Positions 52,406 to 62,600 of a DNA stretch of 64,000 bases are shown piece by piece. Each line of letters opens with the position of its first letter. The stretch's first letter is position 1. The notes beneath the pieces are model-generated. The model saw nothing but the letters and a program-made list of their open reading frames with translations. It searched no databases and was not told where the DNA came from. The DNA is from Thermoanaerobaculia bacterium (GTDB lineage Bacteria; Acidobacteriota; Thermoanaerobaculia; Multivoradales; UBA5704), in assembly GCA_044226625.1 (NCBI GenBank), contig JBGAGQ010000019.1:31678-95677 (forward strand), read 5' to 3'. A program made the position numbers and the translations under genes.

Positions 52406-54304
52406 ATGAGCGCGCTGGGGCTCGCGATGGCTCGCCGAGACGCGGAGATCCATCCAGCGATTCTCGACGGCCTGCTCGGCCTCATGGCGAATCGAGGGCG
52501 GGACGGCCGGGACGTCGCCGGAGCCCGCGGCGGCGCGCTCGGCCACCTTCATTTCTGGACCACCCCCGAAGAGGTCGGCGAGCGCCAACCGATCCCGATT
52601 CGCGGTGGCCGCGCCTGGCTCGCGTTCGACGGCCGGATCGACGATCGCGAAGCGCTCTGGCGCGCGATGCCGGAGTTTCCGGGTCCTTCCCGTTCGCTCG
52701 GAACCACGAGCGACGCGGCGCTCGTCGCGGCGGCCTACGCGATTTGGGGACTCGACGCGTTCTCCCGGCTCCTCGGTCCTTTCGCGATCGCGATCTGGGA
52801 CGCCGAAGAGCGCCGGGCGATCCTCGCGCGCGACCCGCTCGGCGGCCGCGGCCTGGCCGTGGTGCTCGAAACGCATCGGTTGCTCGCGGCCTCCGAAGCC
52901 GGCGCGCTCGCCGCGGTGCTCGGCCGTGAGACGGAGCTCGATTTCGCCCGTGTCGCCTCGTATTTTTCGCTCGAAGACTCCGATCCCAGGCGCACTTTTT
53001 GTCCGTGCGTGCGTCAAATGTTGCCCGGCGAGATCCTCGTGGTCGAGGCGCAGCGCGAACGCTGGATTCGCCTTCCCCCGCCGCTTGCCGTATCGCCGGA
53101 GCTCGTCGCCGCCGATCCCGAAGAGCGCGCGCGAGAGCTCGGCCGTCGGCTCGACCTCGCGATCCGCTGCCGCCTGCGCTCGGTCGGTCGGCCGGCGGTC
53201 CTGTTGAGCGGCGGCCTCGATTCGTCGCCGATCGCGGCGCTCGCGCGGCGTGCGCTGCCGGAGCGGGAGGACCTGTGCGCGATCTCCTGGGTCTTTCCGC
53301 GCCATCCCAGGGCCGACGAGAGCCGACATCTCGCGGTGCTCGAGCGCGAGCTGGGCCTCGAGCTCCATGCCCTGCCGTGCGACGACGAGCTGCCGCTCGG
53401 CGACCTCGCGAGCTGGCCCTTGCACCCGGCCACCCCGGAACAGAACGCCTACCGCCGTTTCCATGAGCGCGCCTACGAAGCCGCGGCAGCGCTCGACTGC
53501 GGCGTCCTCCTCTCCGGAATGTGTGGCGACCAGCTCTATGGCGGCGCCGAATTCCGTCTTCGGGAGGCGTTCGGCGCCGGCCGTATCCGGGCGGCGGTGC
53601 GGGCGGTCGTCGCGCTCGCGGGCGGCGGCGCCCTGCGGCCCGCGCTCGGCGCGCTGTTTCCCGATCGATTGCGGCTGGAGCGCTCTGCCCGGCGGGCCGC
53701 CGAACGTTTCCCTTGGCTCACCGAGCGCGCGCTCGAGCTCCTCCCCGATCCGGTCGAGCGAGACGGCTGGGCGTCCGGCTATCGCCGTCCCGCCCAGGCC
53801 CGGAGCCTCCTTTCGGCGATGAACGGACACGGACTCGCCGTCGAGCGGCACTACGGCGACCGGCGAGGAGTCGACCTCCGCTACCCCCTGCGCGACCGGC
53901 GCGTCCTCGAGCTCTTTCTTTCCCTTCCCGCCGACGATCTCGGAATGCCAGAAGAGCCGAGGCCGATCCTGAAGCGCGCGATGAGATCCTTACTTCCAGC
54001 CTCGATTCTCGCGCGAACGGACAAAGCAACGTTTGAAGAGATTTTCCGCGCAGGCGTCTATCGGGATCCCAGCGGATCCTTGGCCGCAATATTGCTTTCA
54101 AAAAATGCAGCATGGCGTGAGTTTTTGCGTCCGGACTGGATTGAAAACGGCTGGAAAGATCGGAGCCTCGGCCTTTCTGGATTACTCGTTTGGTTAGCGC
54201 TTTCCTTTGAGCTTTGGCTTCGCCGACCGCTCGGCGCCTTCGAGCCCGCCGATTGGGGACGAGCTTTCGATTCCCGGGAGCAGCTGCGTCGAGCCGGACG
54301 ATAA
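52406..54304 (+). CDS. Asparagine synthetase-like protein, probable lasso cyclase (isopeptide-bond synthetase)
   Basis: Ntn-like N-domain lacking the catalytic Cys2 (MSALG...), FDGRIDDR, LARDPLG, LSGGLDSS PP-loop, SGMCGDQL, RYPLRDRRV; adjacent to a lasso-type precursor. Confidence 0.85.
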   Translation: MSALGLAMARRDAEIHPAILDGLLGLMANRGRDGRDVAGARGGALGHLHFWTTPEEVGERQPIPIRGGRAWLAFDGRIDDREALWRAMPEFPGPSRSLGTTSDAALVAAAYAIWGLDAFSRLLGPFAIAIWDAEERRAILARDPLGGRGLAVVLETHRLLAASEAGALAAVLGRETELDFARVASYFSLEDSDPRRTFCPCVRQMLPGEILVVEAQRERWIRLPPPLAVSPELVAADPEERARELGRRLDLAIRCRLRSVGRPAVLLSGGLDSSPIAALARRALPEREDLCAISWVFPRHPRADESRHLAVLERELGLELHALPCDDELPLGDLASWPLHPATPEQNAYRRFHERAYEAAAALDCGVLLSGMCGDQLYGGAEFRLREAFGAGRIRAAVRAVVALAGGGALRPALGALFPDRLRLERSARRAAERFPWLTERALELLPDPVERDGWASGYRRPAQARSLLSAMNGHGLAVERHYGDRRGVDLRYPLRDRRVLELFLSLPADDLGMPEEPRPILKRAMRSLLPASILARTDKATFEEIFRAGVYRDPSGSLAAILLSKNAAWREFLRPDWIENGWKDRSLGLSGLLVWLALSFELWLRRPLGAFEPADWGRAFDSREQLRRAGR

Positions 54305-54314
54305 CGAGGTTTCA

Positions 54315-54491
54315 ATGTCCCATTCTCCCCATTCCCCCATGTCCGAACCCACCGCCACAGGGTTCGCCACGCCGAAGCGGCCCTACGAAGCGCCCCGGTT
54401 GATCGAGCTGGGCGACCTTCGTACGCTGACGCTCGGGCCTTCCCCCGGCATCGGCGAGAGCGGCAACCCCGCTCTGTTCAAATCTCGCTAG
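54315..54491 (+). CDS. Lasso-type RiPP precursor peptide (core GPSPGIGESGNPALFKSR)
   Basis: Leader motif YEAPRLIELGDLRTLTL (YxxPxL...G...T at -2), Gly1, Glu8; RBS GAGG; alternative ATG at 54339. Confidence 0.85.
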   Translation: MSHSPHSPMSEPTATGFATPKRPYEAPRLIELGDLRTLTLGPSPGIGESGNPALFKSR

Positions 54492-54512
54492 CGGTTGTAC
54501 GAGGTGCAGACA

Positions 54513-57500
54513 ATGTCCGAAAATCCGACGCCTCTCTCGCGCCGTCTCAATTCTGCGAAGGGTCTCGTGCTCGGGATCGCCTTTCTCGCGTTCGCCGGTC
54601 CCCTGGCTCGGCCGGCGGCCGCGTTGACCTACCGCTACGACAACACCACGTCGGGTGCCGTCAACTTCTCGGCTGCGGCCGCGGGGTCCGCGGGCTGTGC
54701 GACGCCGCTCGTGCGGACCTTTACGGTGTCCGATTCGTTCACCGTTTCGAGGGTCGGCCTGGGCTTCAACGTCAGCCACACCAACCGGGGCGATGTGCGG
54801 GCCACCCTGGTGGCACCGAGCGGAACGTCGCTCCAGCTGATTGCGGGAAACGCGGGGGGAGGCGGCGACACGGACGACAACTACGACATCCTGATCTCGT
54901 CGAACACGGAAGGTGTGCTCGACGACAACGACACCGACCCGACGGCGGCTCCCTTTTTCAATCGCATCGTTCCGGTGGCGACCATCGATACGACGTTTTC
55001 CGGCGTCGCCGCGGCAGGGACCTGGACGCTGAACGTCTGCGACATCAACAACAACGGGACGAACGGCACGTTCAACCGCGCGTACCTGACTCTATCGAGC
55101 ACGACGGCGGCGACCTCGACCTGCACCGGCACTGTGTCCTTCGACTGGGGGGCCAACGGAAACGTCGTAGCGTTGACCACGGCGACGGTGGGCGACGTCA
55201 CGATCACCCAGGGTGCGACAAGTGATTTCGCCGGCACCGGGGCGAGCGCCGGCGGTACGTTGGGCAACGAGATCGTCACCCGTACCACGACGAACGGTAA
55301 CCACACCGGCTACTACTCGATGTCGATGGACGCCTCGGCGCTCGCCGGTACCCAGGACAACGAGGCCGTGGGTTTGGCGTCGACCCTTACCTTCTCGCGC
55401 CCGGTGCGCGATCTGCGATTCACCTTCCTCGACGTCGACATCACCGGTGCCGCGTGGGAGGACCAGGTCGAGATCGTGGCGACCGGCCCCTCCGGGAGTC
55501 AGGTGCCGTACACCATCGCGGCGGTCGCCGGCGGAAACGCCCAGCTCGCGGGCGACCTGGCCGAAGGAGACGCATCGGCGGCGGTCACCGCCACGACCGG
55601 CAATCTTGACGTGCAGTTCTCCGGCGCGGTGTCGTCGCTGACGATCAACTACAGCCAAGGGGACGACCCGGCGAACGAAAACGCTTTCATGGTGGTCGGC
55701 ATCAGCGACTTCTCGTTCTGCGCTTACGACTACGGCGACGCCCCGAACACTTACGGCACGCAGCTGGCGGGCGGCGCCCGCCACGCGATGGGCGACCGCA
55801 CGCTCTACCTCGGCACCAACCCGCCGGACGGCGAGGCCGACGGCCAGCCGGCCGCGGGGGGAGCGACGGCGACCCCCGACGACACGACGCAAGTCGGGGG
55901 CGTCGACGACGAGGACGGCGTGGCGACGTTCCCCAACTACGCCTCTCCCTCGACGAGCTATACGGTGAGCGTGACGGCGGTGAACCTCTCGACTACCACC
56001 GCGGCCTCGCTGGTCGGCTACATCGACTGGAACCGAGACGGCGATTTCGCCGACGCGAACGAGATCTCCGCGACGACCAACGTACCAGCGAACACCTCGT
56101 CGCCGACGGCGTTCAACGTCACCTGGAGCTCCGTGCCGACGAACGCGGGGGGCACCACTTCGACCTACGCCCGGTTCCGAATTTCGTATACCGCGTCGGA
56201 GGTGACCTCGCCCACCGGGGTCGCGACCAGCGGCGAGGTCGAGGATTACCAGATCCCCGTCAATACCCTTCCGGTGACCCTCGCTTCGTTCTTCGCCGCG
56301 CGGACGGCCCGAGGCCTCGAGGTCGAGTGGACGACCGAGACCGAGACGTCGACCGTGGGGTATGCCCTGCTCGGCCGCAAAGGCCCCAAGGACCCCTGGC
56401 GGCGCTTGACCCCAAAGATGATCCCGGCCCGCGCGCTCGATCGGCTCGCGCCCCAAAGTTACCGGGCCGTGCTGGCTGACGAAGTATGGACCGAGCTGCT
56501 CCTCGAGGACGCCGGAATCCTCGGCGAACGGACCCGTCGCGGGCCGTTCGCCCTGGACCGCCGTTATGGCCGGGTCTCGACCGCCGAGCCGATCGACTGG
56601 ACGGCGGTCCGCGCCGAGATCGCGGCGGCGGACCAGGTGGACCAAGCAGCGCGGCGCGCCCAGACTCGGGCCGCGACCGCTCCGGCCGCCGAGCTGCGGG
56701 TCGACAGGGACGGCATCTACCGCGTGAGCTACGAGAGCTTGCGCGCCGCGGGGATCGACCTCGCCGGGGCGAACGTCGACCGTCTGTCGATCGAGGTCGC
56801 CCGGACCGGGCAGCCGGTGCCGATCTTCGTCCGGGGAGGCGACAAGAACTCAGGTATCTTCGGTCCCGGCGGTTACGTCGAGTTCCGCGGCGAGGCGCTC
56901 GCCGGAAGCCTCTATACCCGCACCCGGGTCTATCGCTTGACCTCCAAGCCGACCCGACCCCCGGCGCGCGTCGCGATCGAGGACGGCGCCCCCGCGGGAG
57001 CGACGGCCGCCTCCTATCCCGAAACGCTCGCGATCGACCGGGATCTGATCTACAGCTTCGCCTCGCCGAACGGCGACCCGTGGTACGAGGCGCCGGTGCT
57101 CGCCCAGGCGAGCCCGGCCGAGAAGAGCTTCCCGATCGAGGTCGACGCGCTCGCCGGATCCGACGCCCGGCTCCATCTCGAGCTCTGGGGGGTCACCAAC
57201 TGGCCCTCGACGCCCGATCACCATCTCGAGATCTCGCTCAACGGTACCCAGCTCGTCGACGAGCGCTTCGACGGCCTCGTGCCGCGGAGCTACGACCTGC
57301 CGCTCCCCGCGGGCCTGCTGTTCGAGGGCACGAACACGCTCACCGTCCGCCTGCCCGGCGACACGGGCAACGCGTTCGATCTGGTCCACGTCGACCGCTA
57401 TGCGCTGACGTACCCGCGGCGCTTCGCGGCGCGAGAGGGGAGCCTGCGGTTCCCGAGCGCGCCCGGCCGGATCGAGGTCTCCGACCTCCCCTCGTCCGAC

Positions 57501-58742
57501 GTCGTCGTCTACGCGAGGTCTGGCGCCTCCCGGGTGGCCAACGTCGCCGTCGAGGGGGCGGGCGGCTCCTACCGGGCGTCGTTCTCGGTTCCCGGAGGAA
57601 GCGCCGGAGCTCGCGCGGGCTCGGTGGACGTCGTCGCGTCGTCCTCGCTGCTCGTGCCCGCGATCCAACCGGCGCGCACGGTGGCGGCCGACCTGGGCTC
57701 CCGGCGGGCGGACTACCTGGTGATCACCCACCCGAGCCTCGCCGGAGAGCTCGCCCCGCTGGTCGCGGCGCGCGAAGCGGAAGGATTCAAGGTCAAGGTG
57801 GTCGACGTCTTCGATCTGTATACGGCTTATAGCGGCGGCGAGGTCGATCCGGCGGCGATCCGGAACTACCTGCGGTACGCCGCGCAGCAGCTCGGCGCCC
57901 GTTACGTCCTGCTGGTCGGCGCGGACACCTACGACTATCTCGACCATCTCGGGATCGGCTCGGTGAGCCTGATCCCCACGCCGTACGTCCAGACAGACGA
58001 CCTGATCCGCTTTACGCCGGCCGACTCGGTCTACGCCGACCTCGACGATGACGGGGCGCCCGATCTGGCGCTCGGCCGCCTTCCCGCGCGCACGGCGGCC
58101 GAGCTTCATCTGCTGATCAGCAAAACCCTCGCGTTCGACGGCACGCGAACCGGCGCGCTGCTCGCGGCCGACGGCACCGACGCGGAGGGCGCCCGGACGT
58201 TCAGCTCGATCAGCGACCAGCTCGCTCCGCAGCTGCCGGCCGGCTGGCCGCTCGCGCGCACCTATGTCGACGACCTCGGGGCCGAGACGGCGCGCGCGCA
58301 GCTGATCGCGGCGTTCAACCAGGGGCCCGCGTTGGTCCACTTCGTCGGCCACTCGGGACCGACCGTCTGGAGCTTCCAGGGGTTGTTCTCCTCGGCCGAC
58401 GCCGACGCGCTCACCAACTTCACCGGGCCGTCGCTGGTGGTCCAGTGGGGATGTTGGAACACGTACCACGTGGCCCCGGAGCTCGATACCCTGGCGCACC
58501 GGATGCTGCTCGCCGGGCCGCAGGGAGCGGCCGCGGTGATCGGCTCCTCGACCCTCTCGCGCACCGAGTCGGACCAGCTGCTCGGACCGGCTCTCCTCGG
58601 CCGGCTGGCGGTTCCCGGCGCGACGATCGGCGAGGCGTTGAAAAACGCCAAGCGGGCGATCGCGGCCGGGCCCGGCGACCTGCGCGACGTGCTCCTCGGC
58701 TGGACGCTGCTCGGCGACCCCGCCCTGAAGCTCCGGCGATGA
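54513..58742 (+). CDS. Secreted multidomain C25 (gingipain-family) cysteine peptidase with P-domain and GEVED domain (~1409 aa)
   Basis: Signal peptide; P-domain (SHTNRGDV.ATLVAPSGT...GTWTL.V.D); DYGDAP...IDWNRDGDF...YARFR...GEVEDY; C25 motifs ADYLVIT, YVLLVG, GRLP, HFVGH, WGCWN, LLGDP. Confidence 0.85.
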   Translation: MSENPTPLSRRLNSAKGLVLGIAFLAFAGPLARPAAALTYRYDNTTSGAVNFSAAAAGSAGCATPLVRTFTVSDSFTVSRVGLGFNVSHTNRGDVRATLVAPSGTSLQLIAGNAGGGGDTDDNYDILISSNTEGVLDDNDTDPTAAPFFNRIVPVATIDTTFSGVAAAGTWTLNVCDINNNGTNGTFNRAYLTLSSTTAATSTCTGTVSFDWGANGNVVALTTATVGDVTITQGATSDFAGTGASAGGTLGNEIVTRTTTNGNHTGYYSMSMDASALAGTQDNEAVGLASTLTFSRPVRDLRFTFLDVDITGAAWEDQVEIVATGPSGSQVPYTIAAVAGGNAQLAGDLAEGDASAAVTATTGNLDVQFSGAVSSLTINYSQGDDPANENAFMVVGISDFSFCAYDYGDAPNTYGTQLAGGARHAMGDRTLYLGTNPPDGEADGQPAAGGATATPDDTTQVGGVDDEDGVATFPNYASPSTSYTVSVTAVNLSTTTAASLVGYIDWNRDGDFADANEISATTNVPANTSSPTAFNVTWSSVPTNAGGTTSTYARFRISYTASEVTSPTGVATSGEVEDYQIPVNTLPVTLASFFAARTARGLEVEWTTETETSTVGYALLGRKGPKDPWRRLTPKMIPARALDRLAPQSYRAVLADEVWTELLLEDAGILGERTRRGPFALDRRYGRVSTAEPIDWTAVRAEIAAADQVDQAARRAQTRAATAPAAELRVDRDGIYRVSYESLRAAGIDLAGANVDRLSIEVARTGQPVPIFVRGGDKNSGIFGPGGYVEFRGEALAGSLYTRTRVYRLTSKPTRPPARVAIEDGAPAGATAASYPETLAIDRDLIYSFASPNGDPWYEAPVLAQASPAEKSFPIEVDALAGSDARLHLELWGVTNWPSTPDHHLEISLNGTQLVDERFDGLVPRSYDLPLPAGLLFEGTNTLTVRLPGDTGNAFDLVHVDRYALTYPRRFAAREGSLRFPSAPGRIEVSDLPSSDVVVYARSGASRVANVAVEGAGGSYRASFSVPGGSAGARAGSVDVVASSSLLVPAIQPARTVAADLGSRRADYLVITHPSLAGELAPLVAAREAEGFKVKVVDVFDLYTAYSGGEVDPAAIRNYLRYAAQQLGARYVLLVGADTYDYLDHLGIGSVSLIPTPYVQTDDLIRFTPADSVYADLDDDGAPDLALGRLPARTAAELHLLISKTLAFDGTRTGALLAADGTDAEGARTFSSISDQLAPQLPAGWPLARTYVDDLGAETARAQLIAAFNQGPALVHFVGHSGPTVWSFQGLFSSADADALTNFTGPSLVVQWGCWNTYHVAPELDTLAHRMLLAGPQGAAAVIGSSTLSRTESDQLLGPALLGRLAVPGATIGEALKNAKRAIAAGPGDLRDVLLGWTLLGDPALKLRR

Positions 58743-59494
58743 CGGACCTCCTCGGGCCGCGGCCGGGGGAGGCGATCCTCCGGTTCGGCCCGGGCGAAGC
58801 GGGATTTCGTTACACCCTCGTCGACCGTACTCTCTGGACCGACCGGCCCCTCCTCTGCCTCGGGCCTCCGGAAGCACGCGGGCTACTGCCGCCGCCTTCG
58901 CCGTCGTGGAACCCGCCGTTCGACGCGAGCGCGGAGCCCGACCGCTTCGAGGAGCTCGCGCTCGGCCCGCCGATCCTCACCCTGCTCGCCGAACGCGGCG
59001 TCTGGGCCCTGCACGCGAGCGCGGTGTTCCTGGGCGACCGGCTGTTTCTGCTGGTCGGAGAATCCGGACGTGGCAAATCCACGCTCGCGGCGCATGCGGG
59101 GACCACCGTCCCGGGTTGGCGGCGCGCCGCCGACGACCTCGTCCCCTTCGAGCTCCGCGATGGCCGGCTGCTCGCCCACCTCGACTATCCGCAGCTCAAG
59201 CTCGACCCGCCCCGGCGGTCCGTCGCTCCCGCGCCGGCCACGGCCCTGATCGTCCTCGCCGGCCCGGGCTCGGCGGTCCATCCGGAGCTCACGGCGCTCC
59301 GGCCGAGCGAAACCGCGCAGCTCCTCTGCGCCCAGACCGTCGCCGCGCGCCGCTTTCCGCCCGATCTGCTGGCCGCCCACTTCGATGCCTGCGCCGAGTT
59401 GGCAAAGGTCGTACCCGCCTACCGGCTCGCGCTGCCGCGCGATCTGGCGCGCCTCGGCGAGGCGGCGGCCCAGATCGACACCATCCGCTCCTGA
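58739..59494 (+). CDS. HPr kinase-like P-loop kinase (lasso-cluster type)
   Basis: LHASAV...LLVGESGRGKSTLA...AADD; ATGA overlap with the C25 gene stop. Confidence 0.8.
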   Translation: MTDLLGPRPGEAILRFGPGEAGFRYTLVDRTLWTDRPLLCLGPPEARGLLPPPSPSWNPPFDASAEPDRFEELALGPPILTLLAERGVWALHASAVFLGDRLFLLVGESGRGKSTLAAHAGTTVPGWRRAADDLVPFELRDGRLLAHLDYPQLKLDPPRRSVAPAPATALIVLAGPGSAVHPELTALRPSETAQLLCAQTVAARRFPPDLLAAHFDACAELAKVVPAYRLALPRDLARLGEAAAQIDTIRS

Positions 59495-59622
59495 GCCGCC
59501 CCGGCTCGCGGCCGCGGATTCGTCGCGTTCCCATCGTCATCTCGGCGGTCCGTTTCCGCTTCTTCCGGTAGGGGAGTGCCTCGGGTGGCCCGAGGCCTGC
59601 CGTCCCGATCGGAGAACGCGCC

Positions 59623-62600
59623 ATGCCGAAACCAGGTTCCTTCCGCCGGGCCGCCCTCGCGGCGGCCCTCCTCCTCGCCTCGCTGATACCGCTCCTCGTC
59701 GGACCAGCTCGCGCCGCCGTATCGGTCGGTCCCGCGATCTGCATCGAGCCGGCGCCGGTCGATCCTCCCGGTCCGACGCTCACGCCCTGGAACTACGAAC
59801 GCGACTCCGGCGAGTACGTCTGGGGCGAGCATCAGTTCTACGAAGATCCGGGCGATACGGTGTTCACCCTGGCGCGCGATCTGATCAGCCTGGGAAGCCA
59901 GCAGCCGGCGGCCTACACGGACGTCCTCCTGTTCAACTTCGCGCAGTTCGATCCGCCAGAAGGGATCCCCGTTCCGCCGGGAGGGACCCGTCGCCTGATG
60001 GAAGCGTCGCTCGAGAACAAGGGTCTGTCGCTCCTGGTCAACTACAGCGACGCGCTGATCGATCCGGCCCAACCGGTCCGGTACGGCAAACCGACCTTCT
60101 TCCAGTCGATCGACGGCCACCACCAGAACACGCAGACCAACCCGACGGTGCCGTGGAGCGGCTTTTCGCAGACCTTCGTCTCCGCGACTCGAGGCGCGTT
60201 CGGCTGCGCGTTCGACAAGCTGCCCGTGGCGGTCGACCCGGTGCCCGTGGGCCCGCTAGCCCGGCTGGCCGCCCCGGCGGCGCCGGCGGGCGGAACCGCG
60301 GGGATCATCGTCACTCCGGCGACGCCGATCTGCGACGACCTCTACGTCACCGCGGGGATCGGCTACGGCCTCTCCGGTCTCGATCCCGACCCGGCCCAGC
60401 AGGTGATGGCGGCACAGGCGCAGACCGATCTGCTGATGCGTCGCGACCCGACCACCGGCCGTTGGAACGACGTATCGCAGGAGATCTGCCCCTCCGGCGC
60501 GCCGCGCATCCCCGCCGCGGCCACGGCCGGCAACAGCTCGGGCGTTGTATTCCAAGATCTGACCGGCGACGGTTGGGCGGACCTCTACGTCGGCCGCCAG
60601 GGAGACGACTACGCGGGGGCGACCAACGTCCTTCTGATCAACGACGGCACCGGCTGTTTCCGCGACGAAACCGGGACGCGAATCCCGGGAGAGCTGGTCC
60701 GCGCGACGAACGAGGTCGCGGCGATCGACCTCGACAAAGACGGGGACCTCGACCTCGCGGTCGCCGACCGGTGTGCTCGCGCCGGGTGCGGCCCGGAGAG
60801 CGAGGACTACGTGTTGATCAACAACGGCACCGGGTTTTTCACCGTGGCGTCGATCGCCCCGGGCGTCCGCACCGACAGCCGGAGCGTCGCCTTGGGCGAC
60901 CTGAACAAAGACGGCTATCCGGAGATCGTTTTCGGCAACGCGGGGTCGGACGGCTTCAGCCAGAACCTCGTCCTGACCGCGGCCGAGGACCACCGGATGG
61001 AGATCTACGTCAACAACGCGGCCACCGGCGGGACGCTCAACACGTTCACCGACTTCATGTTCCCGATCCTCGACACCGGCGCGCCGAATTTCCCGGTCGA
61101 GCACATCGTGACCGCGCCGCTCACTCAGCAGGTGCTGCTCGCCGATCTGTTCAGTCCGAATGCCAACGTCCCGGACGGCTGGCTCGATCTGGTGATCGTC
61201 TCGCATCGCGACATCCTGAAGACCGACACCTACGTCGGCGCTTCCGCCCGCGTCTGGGTGATGGCCAACACCGCCAACTGGACCACCGCGCCGCCGCCGT
61301 ACCTGCGCTCCTACACCGCGGTCGGCCAGCCGTGGGTGAAAACCGTGGCGATCGCCGACTTCGACAACAACGGCTTCAAGGATCTGTTCGAGGGGCGCGG
61401 CAACCGGTGGAGCGGCGTGCTGCCCGATCTCGCCGCGAACCTGGGGAGCGCGGCTCCTCCGTTCAACCCGTGGAACGGCAGCGATCCGTTCGTCGGCTTC
61501 AAGAGCTACCAGACCATGCCGGCAACGGAGCACGGCTACGGTTTCGATTTCGCCGACCTGGACGGCGACGGATCGCTCGACGCGCTCCAGACCTCGCGAG
61601 GCTACGACTACCTGGTGTTCAACCTGCTCGGCGCGAGCGAGGCCGACCATCGCGAATACGCCTCGCCCACCGCGGGGACCGGCAAGACCAGCAACAAGCG
61701 AGGCCGCCAGGTACCGCAGGGAATGGAGGACGGCGTGTTCGCCGACTTCGATCGGGACGGCGACCGAGACGCTCTCCTCGGCTCGCAGCGCACGCCGGCC
61801 TGGCCGTTCTGCGCCGACACGAGCCCGGACTCGATCGTCCTGGTGAACGCGGGCAGCGGTACGTTCGGCTATGACTCGCTCTACACCGCCTCGACCTGCT
61901 CGACCGACGACGCGCGGATCGACTTCGGCGCGCGCACCTCGCAGCCCTATCCGGGCATCGGCGACCGGGCGGTCGCGGGGGATCTCGACAACGACGGAGA
62001 CGTCGATGCGATCGTCCATCTGTTCGAAATCCTGCCGAGCGGCTACTCCGGACCGACCCCGCTCGTCTCGGCGCCGCTCTTCCCGAACGCGATCGGCACC
62101 TACTCCTTCGGCTGGCGCTATCTGAAGAACATCGTCGGCGAGGCGGGCGCCGGGGCCCACTGGTTCAAGGACGTGGCCCCCGCCCAGATGAAGAACGCCT
62201 CCGGTGCCTACGATCCGGCGTGGAACCGTGGCCTCGGCATGGACGTGCTCGCGGACTTCGACAACAACGGGGCGCTCGATCTCTACTCGACGCTCGGCTT
62301 CGCCAAAACCGCGGCCGAGGTTTCAAGCGTCTCGCAGACGCGCGATCTCTTGTTCCTGAACGGCGTGGGCGGCCAGCCGAAAGGCGACCTCACCGAGTCG
62401 TCCGCGGCGAAGCTGGCGCCCTCTTGCACGGATCAGGTTCTTGGCGACACGTCCTTCGTTTCGTGCGGTTCATTTGGCATCGCGCAGGGCGACGTCGACA
62501 ACGATGGAGACGCCGACGTGGCGGTCGCCCATTTCGCGCAGGGGGCTCGCACCAACTACCCCTGGCTGTTGATCAACGGCCTTCCCTCCGGCGGCACGAT

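Noticed and set aside
52406-54304. Housekeeping asparagine synthetase asnB
   Set aside because: Lacks the N-terminal catalytic Cys (MCGI) and is adjacent to a lasso-type precursor, so a cyclase-like role fits better.
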